In this document: in pieces, positions 52,602-59,420 of the stretch
How the letters are laid out: each line of letters starts with the position of its first letter
How positions within the stretch are numbered: position 1 is the stretch's first letter
Origin: an uncultured virus (IMG/VR IMGVR_UViG_3300010885_019006)
Taxonomy: Duplodnaviria; Heunggongvirae; Uroviricota; Caudoviricetes
IMG/VR virus record: IMGVR_UViG_3300010885_019006
Location: 1 to 64,000 of that record
Strand: one strand, 5' to 3'
Length of the DNA stretch: 64,000 nt
Notes under the pieces: generated by a model
What the model saw: the letters and a program-made list of their open reading frames with translations, nothing else
Database searches by the model: none
Told to the model about the DNA's origin: nothing
Made by a program: the position numbers and the translations under genes

Positions 52602-52604
52602 GAG

Positions 52605-52669
52605 CAACAGGATAGCTTTTTGCTGGTTGCTTTATCAGTGCAGTGCAATTGGTTGCTGAAACTATCCTA
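52605..52669 (-). ncRNA. Y-RNA-like element 2 (65 nt)
   Basis: TAGGATAGTTTCAGCAA...GCTATCCTGTTG; terminal helix AGGATAG/CTATCCT. Confidence 0.65.
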
Positions 52670-52684
52670 AATTCAATATTATTT

Positions 52685-52713
52685 AATCTAACACAATTGA
52701 CAATAAATGTCAA
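52685..52713 (-). promoter_or_regulatory. Sigma70-type promoter TTGACA-N17-TAGATT driving Y2, Y1 and the Ro60-like gene
   Basis: tgtcaa at 52708-52713 and aatcta at 52685-52690. Related promoters have -35 boxes at 49604, 53994, 55329, 56384, 58036, 59385, 60560 (TTTACA) and 63841. Confidence 0.8.
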
Positions 52714-52730
52714 CCAAAAAATTCAACGGC

Positions 52731-53564
52731 TTACATCATAAAATCCATAATTGAAGATTTAGGGATGGATACCATATTATCTGGGACTTTTCGTGGTCTT
52801 CCCGGTCTACGTTTAGGTGGTAATATCACTTCATTACTAATACTAGAATTTCCAGCTAATAGAAGAATGATGGCTAAAGGATCAAACACCATTACTATGA
52901 AGATAATGACAAAACGAACCGTTTCATCAAAGTGATTAGAAGCATCCTTCCCATAAATCATCTCTGCAATGTATTTGAGTGGTCCGATGTCTGATGTAGT
53001 TACCGCTTCTTTAGTTTTAAGAGGTAATAACTTAGAATTGAGAACTTCAAGTTTTCCAGTTGAATCGCTTATTTGATTGTCAATCCGCTGCCTCTCAGCC
53101 TTTTGAAGATAACGAACAAAAGGTGCATCTTTTGGATTGGAAGTATTAGCAAAGCGATCTAGTGTATCAAGTGACGTCTGAGCATTTTTAAGTTTACTCT
53201 GTTCAAGATCAAATTGTTCCTGAAGAGGTTGGATTTGCAGATGTGATAACTGCAAACTATCGGCTGTTGCTAAATGTGCTCGAGATAAGTAACCAAATGT
53301 GCCCATTGATGTAAGAAGTACTAGAATAACCGTAGCTAGAATCAGATAAATTCTAATAAGCTTTGGACTAGTCTTCCAGTTGCGCTGGAGCCATGCAGCA
53401 GAAATTATCTTGCTGAACTCTAATGCTGTAGCCATAATCATAACAGCAACTGTAGCACCAGAGAACAGCATAGCCATTCCAGTAATGGAGAAGTATGCTG
53501 ACACACAAGATAAAAATAATGCGGCTAATACTGCTAAATGATTAACAGTAATTCGTTTAATCAT
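52731..53564 (-). CDS. Membrane protein with coiled coil (conserved T4-like hypothetical)
   Basis: SAYFSITG...LEFSK, TSMGTFGYLSRAH, GPLKYIA and FDPLAI motifs; C-terminal KRRPGRPRK. Confidence 0.75.
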   Translation of the reverse strand: MIKRITVNHLAVLAALFLSCVSAYFSITGMAMLFSGATVAVMIMATALEFSKIISAAWLQRNWKTSPKLIRIYLILATVILVLLTSMGTFGYLSRAHLATADSLQLSHLQIQPLQEQFDLEQSKLKNAQTSLDTLDRFANTSNPKDAPFVRYLQKAERQRIDNQISDSTGKLEVLNSKLLPLKTKEAVTTSDIGPLKYIAEMIYGKDASNHFDETVRFVIIFIVMVFDPLAIILLLAGNSSISNEVILPPKRRPGRPRKVPDNMVSIPKSSIMDFMM

Positions 53565-53583
53565 ATAAAAACCTTTTTATCTC

Positions 53584-53688
53584 TTACCAAAGGCGAGTAA
53601 AGTCGCCTTCCCATTTCTCTTCACGTTTCCACTGAGCTTCAATCTCGTGAAAGAATTCAGTATCAAAACCTAACCAAAAATAATACAT
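53584..53688 (-). CDS. Small protein, 34 aa
   Basis: MYYFWLGFDTEFFHEIEAQWKREEKWEGDFTRLW, immediately downstream of Y3. Confidence 0.45.
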   Translation of the reverse strand: MYYFWLGFDTEFFHEIEAQWKREEKWEGDFTRLW

Positions 53689-53703
53689 TCTAATCTCATA
53701 TTT

Positions 53704-53955
53704 CAACGGGTTGTACATTTTGTCGGTTGCCTCTACCACTGGGCTACACCCACATCAACATTCATTACGTGAGGTATCTCCCTGATCTAGGAGACCTTAT
53801 CACAGACCACAGTCACCGTTATGATCACTTACGTGTAACCGAGAATGCCACTTCCGACCTGCGTCCGCCAAAGAGGTAATGAATGATGGTGTGGGCGGTG
53901 GGATTCGAACACCACGCTTTACCGATTCCATAAAAATAATGCTGTAGACAACCCA
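53704..53955 (-). ncRNA. Y-RNA-like element 3 (YrlA-like), containing a circularly permuted tRNA domain
   Basis: GGGTTGT/ACAACCC terminal helix plus TACAGC. The T-arm (GTTCGAATC) and CGCCCAC-ACCA come before GTGGGTG and the D-arm (TAGCCCAGTGGTAGAGGC). It has its own promoter at 53971-53999. Confidence 0.8.
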
Positions 53956-53995
53956 AATTCAATATTATTCAATCTATCATAGTTTACATTTAATG

Positions 53996-54385
53996 TCAAC
54001 CAATTTTTGCGATCTTAAGCAAATTAAATGCCATTAAAACATCTCGGTCATACTCAGAGATTGGATAAACGGCAATTGAAGTAAACTCACCATCTTTTAG
54101 ATCAGGCTCGAAGAACTTCTCATACCGATAACCAAACTTCTTAAGTATTCGCTCAACTGCATTAAGAGCACCAGCATCACGAACACCAATTAGTGTAAAG
54201 TGAGTCTGTTCAGGAACTACCTTATCATTAAACTGACAAGAGACGTAACCATCACCAGAAGCAGTCTTTTCAACAATAGCTCGTTGAGAATGAACACCAA
54301 GTTGAAAAGCAGCATGTGCAGTCTGAACTACTTGTTGCTCAGGCGACATATCTTGTCGGGTGAAAAAATAACTGTAGTATCTCAT
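53996..54385 (-). CDS. Peptidyl-tRNA hydrolase, Pth2-like
   Basis: TRQDMS.EQQVVQTAHAA...FFEPDL....TSIAV resembles the Pth2 fold motifs. Confidence 0.7.
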   Translation of the reverse strand: MRYYSYFFTRQDMSPEQQVVQTAHAAFQLGVHSQRAIVEKTASGDGYVSCQFNDKVVPEQTHFTLIGVRDAGALNAVERILKKFGYRYEKFFEPDLKDGEFTSIAVYPISEYDRDVLMAFNLLKIAKIG

Positions 54386-54386
54386 A

Positions 54387-54770
54387 TCAAAGTCCTTTCA
54401 CAAAGTCAGACGTAATCATAGCAGCAAGTTCTCTAAACTTAACTATTTCTTCTTCTGTAAGAAGTTCAGTAATTTCAGTGTTAAGAATCCAACCATTAGT
54501 TTGTTTCCAACTATCATTTATCCAAACTCTACCACCACGAAGTTTATGTTTAAACCCGTACATATTATTGGTAATAGACTGGTAAGGATACTGACGGTGA
54601 GCACATACCTTACCTGGTGTAAATGATTTGGTGAGAAAATGCTTGAGGATTGTGACCTTGTCTTCTGACTTAGCCTTCATAGTTTTATAGACACATAGTG
54701 CAATAATATCTGCTGCTGTGAGTGTCTTGTTCTTTGCTTTAGTTTTGAATGTAGTAATAAAAGTAGACAT
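54387..54770 (-). CDS. Hypothetical basic protein, first gene of the Pth2-like operon
   Basis: 127-aa ORF whose AAGGA SD lies inside a predicted hairpin. Confidence 0.65.
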   Translation of the reverse strand: MSTFITTFKTKAKNKTLTAADIIALCVYKTMKAKSEDKVTILKHFLTKSFTPGKVCAHRQYPYQSITNNMYGFKHKLRGGRVWINDSWKQTNGWILNTEITELLTEEEIVKFRELAAMITSDFVKGL

Positions 54771-54846
54771 AATAGGATTCCTTTTTGTTTAATAAGAGTT
54801 TGTTTGATCTTATTAAACCTTCGGGAGGTCCTACTGCGTCATACGG

Positions 54847-54867
54847 CTACATAGTTTCGGTACTCAT
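54847..54867 (-). promoter_or_regulatory. Amber-terminated leader ORF MSTETM-TAG (read-through frame open to TAA at 54739)
   Basis: AAGGAAATAGT-ATG AGT ACC GAA ACT ATG TAG CCG TAT GAC GCA GTA GGA CCT CCC. Confidence 0.65.
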
Positions 54868-54891
54868 ACTATTTCCTTTATTTAAGTAAAG

Positions 54892-54969
54892 TGGTGCTTT
54901 GTGGGGGATTTGAACCCCCGACGGCATGATTTTAGAGATCACCGCTCTTGACCACTGAGCTAACAAAGC
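54892..54969 (-). tRNA. Amber suppressor tRNA (anticodon CTA)
   Basis: GCTTTGT TA GCTC-AGTGGTCAA-GAGC G GTGAT-CTCTAAA-ATCAT GCCGTC GGGGG-TTCAAAT-CCCCC ACAAAGC A CCA. Confidence 0.88.
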
Positions 54970-54976
54970 ATAAGAT

Positions 54977-55080
54977 AACAGGTAAGTTGCCTACTTTGTA
55001 TTATTTCCAGACGTACAAAATCGAAAATCGTCCTGGCCGAAGCCTTTTTAAAAGTTTTGCGAGTGGCTGTAACTTACCTA
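54977..55080 (-). ncRNA. Y-RNA-like element 4 (104 nt)
   Basis: TAGGTAAGTTACAGCC...GGCAACTTACCTGTT; terminal helix AGGTAAGTT/AACTTACCT. Confidence 0.65.
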
Positions 55081-55085
55081 AATTT

Positions 55086-55297
55086 CAACGGGATGTTATT
55101 TGAATTCGGATTTTTACCTCTTCTTCTATTCGGAGAAGCCCTATTCCTACATTCGGGTAGGACACCTACTCCTGGTCCGCCAGGCCGTTGTTAATAGCAT
55201 GAGTCGCCGAAGCGCTCAGTGACCGGATTTAACATCGAGAGTACCCGAAGGTACATATGCGCCCGAAGGCTTGAGTCGGTTTGCAGTAACCATCCCT
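55086..55297 (-). ncRNA. Y-RNA-like element 5 (212 nt, multi-hairpin)
   Basis: AGGGATGGTTACTGCAA...TAACATCCCGTTG, with three cTTCGg-capped internal hairpins; promoter at 55307-55334. Confidence 0.65.
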
Positions 55298-55330
55298 TAT
55301 TAGTTTAATATAATCATTTACTTTAAAATG

Positions 55331-55546
55331 TCAACCTTTATCTACAAAAGATTTAAACTTTTTTGCCTCTTCAATAATGCTATCACCAGTAGGATAAGGT
55401 GGGACCTCAACCAAAAACTGAGCACTTTCATTGATTCTTGCCTTTTCGGTAGCAGTTTGCCACTCTACGTGAAACTTTTCTGAAGCTCTCTGTTGAGCTA
55501 GTTTGATCATCTCCATGCGTAGGAGATATGGGGTATCTAGTGACAT
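55331..55546 (-). CDS. Small conserved T4-like hypothetical protein
   Basis: PYLLRMEMIKLA...YPT.DSIIEEAKKFKSFV; late promoter at 55601. Confidence 0.65.
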   Translation of the reverse strand: MSLDTPYLLRMEMIKLAQQRASEKFHVEWQTATEKARINESAQFLVEVPPYPTGDSIIEEAKKFKSFVDKG

Positions 55547-55613
55547 AGTAATTCCTTTGTGTATGTGTATCAGTCCTTAGTCCTGAGACAGTGGACAGAC
55601 TATTTATACACAA

Positions 55614-55943
55614 ACTTAGATGAACCCACTGGAATTTCGGAGAACTAAATTACACCATGTTCAGCTCCGACCATGGTAACCAATGGATTCATCTAAGTGG
55701 TGGATTTCTGTTCAAAGGTACCACCGAACCCGTTGTCTAGGACCTTTCGGCTCCCCCTAAGAGAAGGGCTTACTTAGTAGATAGACAAAATAGAACTTAG
55801 AAGAATGCTGGTTGGGTCGAGTTTGCCGATCTAATGTCGGATATCCATCGGAGAGGTGCGCTCTCCTCTTCCTGCTTATTTGCCGATCAAGACCAGCACT
55901 CATCTAAGTGGTGGGTTTCTGTTTCAAGGTACCCACCAAACCC
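55614..55943 (-). ncRNA. Two tandem pseudoknot-plus-long-hairpin modules downstream of the tmRNA tag
   Basis: GGGTTYGGTGG(G)TACCTT..AACAGAAAYCCACC-ACTTAGATGA occurs twice; each is followed by a rod closed by (T)TC(A/T)TCTAAGT. Confidence 0.55.
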
Positions 55944-56195
55944 ATGTTAAATTAGGCAGCTAGTGCGTAATCAACAATATCGTTATCATTAGATGCGACA
56001 TTTAGTTTGTTTTGGCCGCTCAGCCACCGAATCAGTCTAAGCAATATCCCTATTCCACGAAAATCGAGCCTGTTTCATCCCCATCAGTAGTTATGAGTAA
56101 GCAACATCTAGCCTCTTTCGGCGCCTCATAACTACTGGTGGAGATGGCGGGTACTGCCCCCGCGTCTTTCCGTCTTTATTGTCAGCTTTCAAGCA
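55910..56195 (-). ncRNA. ssrA: Circularly permuted two-piece tmRNA (alphaproteobacterial type)
   Basis: Acceptor piece GCGGG-GGCAGTA-CCCGC CATCTCC ACCA ends at 56136, then an intervening hairpin, then GGGGATG from 56082 (G3-U70). Tag frame 55996-55952 reads ASNDNDIVDYALAA-stop. The outer boundaries are approximate. Confidence 0.9.
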
Positions 56196-56328
56196 ACCAA
56201 TATCTTATTTATATTGTCTTTTATGAAGAAGTTCACGAAAATCGAGCCTGTTTCATCCCCATCAGTAGTTATGAGTAAGCAACATCTAGCCTCTTTCGGC
56301 GCCTCATAACTACTGGTGGAGATGGCGG
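56056..56328. repeat. Exact 95-bp direct repeat (56056-56150 and 56234-56328) of the tmRNA junction
   Basis: cacgaaaatcgagcctgtttcatcccc...ggtggagatggcgg occurs twice. Confidence 0.9.
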
Positions 56329-56385
56329 AAAACATTGTCAATCTCCATTCCTTATAGTTTAGTCTACCATACCATAAGAAAAATG

Positions 56386-56772
56386 TCAATCGGTTTCTGC
56401 ATCTTCTGAAATATATTCTTTCTGAATGACTATTTTAGTCACGACAGTCGGCATTTGTGGACCTGGCATAAGAACTGAAAATGTCTTATTAGTCCAGTAA
56501 AGAGGCCAAAACACACCAGAAAAAAGACCGACCATTCCATCAGGATCATTATCAAAATCTAAACTATAGCAATCTTTACCAGTTGCAACTCGATCTTCTA
56601 ATGTTGAACATTGAGCATCTTTAAAAGCTTGAAGTCTAGCCTTTTCATTATGATGTTCTACTGAAGCAAAGCCAAAGGTTAGTAGAGCAACGATACCATA
56701 AACACCAACCCAGTAACCAAATGAGCGCTCACTTAGCCATTCTTTAAATGTTTTAATATAAGTCAAATACAT
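56386..56772 (-). CDS. Hypothetical membrane protein
   Basis: Two hydrophobic segments and an FWPL motif. Confidence 0.6.
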   Translation of the reverse strand: MYLTYIKTFKEWLSERSFGYWVGVYGIVALLTFGFASVEHHNEKARLQAFKDAQCSTLEDRVATGKDCYSLDFDNDPDGMVGLFSGVFWPLYWTNKTFSVLMPGPQMPTVVTKIVIQKEYISEDAETD

Positions 56773-57983
56773 TAAATTTCTCGCTTCAAACCGTGGAACA
56801 TAGTAGCTACACCAAACCGAGGGACACCATCAGGAGTTCGTTCAAAGAACTTGATAGTCACAATCTTATGAGTCTCAGTAAGAAGTTCTACACCTCGCTC
56901 ATAAGATCCCTTGATTCCAGCCTTAGCGACACGGACAGAGCCTTCAGAAGGAACTACAGTTGAGGAGTACTGTAGCATCTCATCACTACCAGGATTATAG
57001 AACAAATCACCAAAGTTGATTGCGGCACCTGGAACCTTGAAGAAAACAGATTTTGCCGCTCCAGCCCAGTTACCTTGACCTTCCTCAGTCTTGATCATCT
57101 CAAACTCTTCGTCAAGAAAATCCTTGCGCTTCAGAAGGTTCTTAGTCCGGCGATTCTCATACTTTGTATTGTTACGCCACATGGAACCTTCGTAACCAGC
57201 CTCAAGCCATTCGCCATGACACTGGTCAAAACTATCAGCAGTGAAAACAGCCTGAGTAGAAACCAGACGAAGACACTTAGGGCATGGATCTTCCTCATCC
57301 AAGAAAAGACTCTCCAGATACGCATCCCGTTCGGCAAAGTTACCGCTATGAGAGGGCACATCGTAGATATGGTATTGAACCATCGCACGTGTCTTGGTAT
57401 AGTGCTCAGGCGTCAGCTTCTTGTCAGACTTCACACCAATCAGGCTTGCAATCTCATTGAAGTTATCCCGAAGCTCATGGTTGTAAAGTTCACCATCAAA
57501 AATCAGATCAGGATCTTCGGCAAAGAGAGGAGCAAGAGCTTCCATAATATGAGGACTGGAAACAAATGGCTTTCCAGAACGACTCCATAATCCGTCCTTA
57601 TTTGCGATACAACGGAAGCCATCTAGCTTAGGTTGAGCAAAACCAGATTGAAAGTTCTTGGCATCATACTTCTCAGCCAGCATAGCTTCAAAGATATGCG
57701 ATCCACCAGTCTTAGCAGACTCAATGGAAGTATGATAATCCTTTTCACACTTCTTCTTATAGAGAGCTTCAATTTCAAATGCGGCTTGAGCAGAACCATC
57801 ACGTTCATTAGACCGACCAAGATTAGTAGGAAAAGCTATCCGCCATTCAGAACACTTAATCTTTCCACCTTGTGTTCCATCCCATGTACGATACTTATCG
57901 TCCTGTTGTTCAATATACCAAATCCGTACCTTAGACTTGGAATCAACCTTGTAGCACATATCATACATTATAGCCATATTCAA
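56772..57983 (-). CDS. ATP-dependent DNA ligase
   Basis: QPKLDGFRC, FDGELY, YHIYD, GYEGSM and LLKRK motifs, plus a C-terminal OB domain (GVPRF). Confidence 0.9.
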   Translation of the reverse strand: MNMAIMYDMCYKVDSKSKVRIWYIEQQDDKYRTWDGTQGGKIKCSEWRIAFPTNLGRSNERDGSAQAAFEIEALYKKKCEKDYHTSIESAKTGGSHIFEAMLAEKYDAKNFQSGFAQPKLDGFRCIANKDGLWSRSGKPFVSSPHIMEALAPLFAEDPDLIFDGELYNHELRDNFNEIASLIGVKSDKKLTPEHYTKTRAMVQYHIYDVPSHSGNFAERDAYLESLFLDEEDPCPKCLRLVSTQAVFTADSFDQCHGEWLEAGYEGSMWRNNTKYENRRTKNLLKRKDFLDEEFEMIKTEEGQGNWAGAAKSVFFKVPGAAINFGDLFYNPGSDEMLQYSSTVVPSEGSVRVAKAGIKGSYERGVELLTETHKIVTIKFFERTPDGVPRFGVATMFHGLKREI

Positions 57984-58050
57984 ATCCTAATTATATGTTG
58001 AACCGATAGTATCATTATAACCACACTAAGAATAATGTCAACCAATTTAT

Positions 58051-58431
58051 TCAGATTGGCAGATTCTTTTTAGCACTTTCAATGTAGTCTCTGATTCGCT
58101 TGGAGTCAATAGGATTCATCGAATGGATGGTATAATCAGGAAAGCTACACCTTTTCCGCTCGCAGTAATCCACAAGCCACTTGGCGCACTCATAACCAGT
58201 CTTTTCAGGTCCATAGTCGACATTGTTTTTGTCGTTAACTTCATCGAGCATTGCAGCATAATGCTGCTCGGCAAGGTCGTGATCAAATGTCACAAATTTA
58301 GGAACCCCGAATGCTTCAATATGATTCACAAACTGATTATAGCTGCGGACAATGTGATAGTTAGCATAAGGAATACCAACCCAAGTAACTTGACCTGGGT
58401 TTCGCTCGTCATCAAGAAACAAATGGTACAA
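58051..58431 (-). CDS. Cyclic-phosphate-processing receiver-like domain protein
   Basis: LFLDDER...FDHDL...KTGYECAKWL...IHSMNP. Confidence 0.8.
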   Translation of the reverse strand: MYHLFLDDERNPGQVTWVGIPYANYHIVRSYNQFVNHIEAFGVPKFVTFDHDLAEQHYAAMLDEVNDKNNVDYGPEKTGYECAKWLVDYCERKRCSFPDYTIHSMNPIDSKRIRDYIESAKKNLPI

Positions 58432-58443
58432 AAGTTAAAGCTC

Positions 58444-58935
58444 CTAAGCAAAAGGTTGACAAGAATGGAATGACTGTTCGGCAGAAACATCCCAAGCTTC
58501 TTTGGCAATTTCCTTGAAAGATAATCTAATTATCTTCATGTGATCTGCAAAATCAGATTCAGGAAGTCGCGAATCAAACCATTCATCAAACGTCATATTA
58601 CAAACCTTCTTTTGTAAATAGAATAGACAAAAAACCACCAAGTAAAGTAAATGTCACACTCATAATCAGCCAAGCAATATCGTGATTATATGCTTTCTCG
58701 ATTGAGACCGCAAATTCTATAAGTGTTACAAAGATCATCAATCGACTACTAGGAGTAATCATTACATAAAACCCACTTCTCTAACTTGCCGGACATGATA
58801 CGAAATAAGTTCTGAAAAATTATTTTCCGCATGTCTGCACCACATTTCATTCTTTACCGCTTCAGCCTCATCTGCTGATGCATATGGACCATAGACTGCA
58901 AGACTATATGAAGAATTCTCAACGACTACGTACAT
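58444..58935 (-). CDS. Three small coupled hypothetical genes (58762-58935, 58598-58762 membrane, 58444-58596)
   Basis: Manual translation gives MYVVVENSSY..., MITPSSRLMI... and MTFDEWFDSR..., with abutting start and stop codons. Confidence 0.5.
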
Positions 58936-59348
58936 TATGCTTCTTCCTTCAACCAGTTCTTAATGGAATTAAAGCGGAGACAAAGACGATATTCAAGAAC
59001 TTCCCAACCATAGAACTCAATCTCATCGGCTCGGATGCCTTCAGCATCAGCAATAATCTTAACTGCAGCTTCACGGCTGGTGCAATTAACTACCATCTGC
59101 ATGGTATCTGCAACACGAACCTTGAACTCCTCAAACCAAGCGGCTTGATCAAGTGCTTCCTGATCAATCTGGCGTGAGAGCTGTTCAGAGAGTTGATCGA
59201 AGTCTTCTTGAAACTCGTCCAACGAAGCGAAGGTTGAACCACGAGGACGCATACCATAAACGTCCTTATAGAGGTCCGAGTAGATGTCACCGTCATGGCT
59301 GTCAGTGAGAGCATTGATGTCAGAGAGAGTAAGCATGTTGATCTCCAT
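58935..59348 (-). CDS. Hypothetical early protein
   Basis: IYSDLYKDVYGMRPRG motif; early promoter and GGAG SD upstream (true start probably ATG 59336). Confidence 0.65.
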   Translation of the reverse strand: MEINMLTLSDINALTDSHDGDIYSDLYKDVYGMRPRGSTFASLDEFQEDFDQLSEQLSRQIDQEALDQAAWFEEFKVRVADTMQMVVNCTSREAAVKIIADAEGIRADEIEFYGWEVLEYRLCLRFNSIKNWLKEEA

Positions 59349-59420
59349 TCCCTATAGATTATGTATAACCCATCTAAGGAAAAATGTCAACTGTTTTTAA
59401 AATAAAAATGATCTGCCAAC

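Noticed and set aside
53704..53955. Ordinary or intron-containing tRNA, or a second tmRNA
   Set aside because: The halves are in reversed order, there is no anticodon loop or G3-U70 pair, and no tag frame was found.
52550..55297. CRISPR array or plain terminator interpretation of the five repeats
   Set aside because: There are no identical direct repeats or uniform spacers and no cas genes. The stems covary, lack U tracts and begin right after promoters.
56056..56328. attL/attR pair of an integrated element
   Set aside because: Only 83 bp separate the copies, and the window has no integrase.
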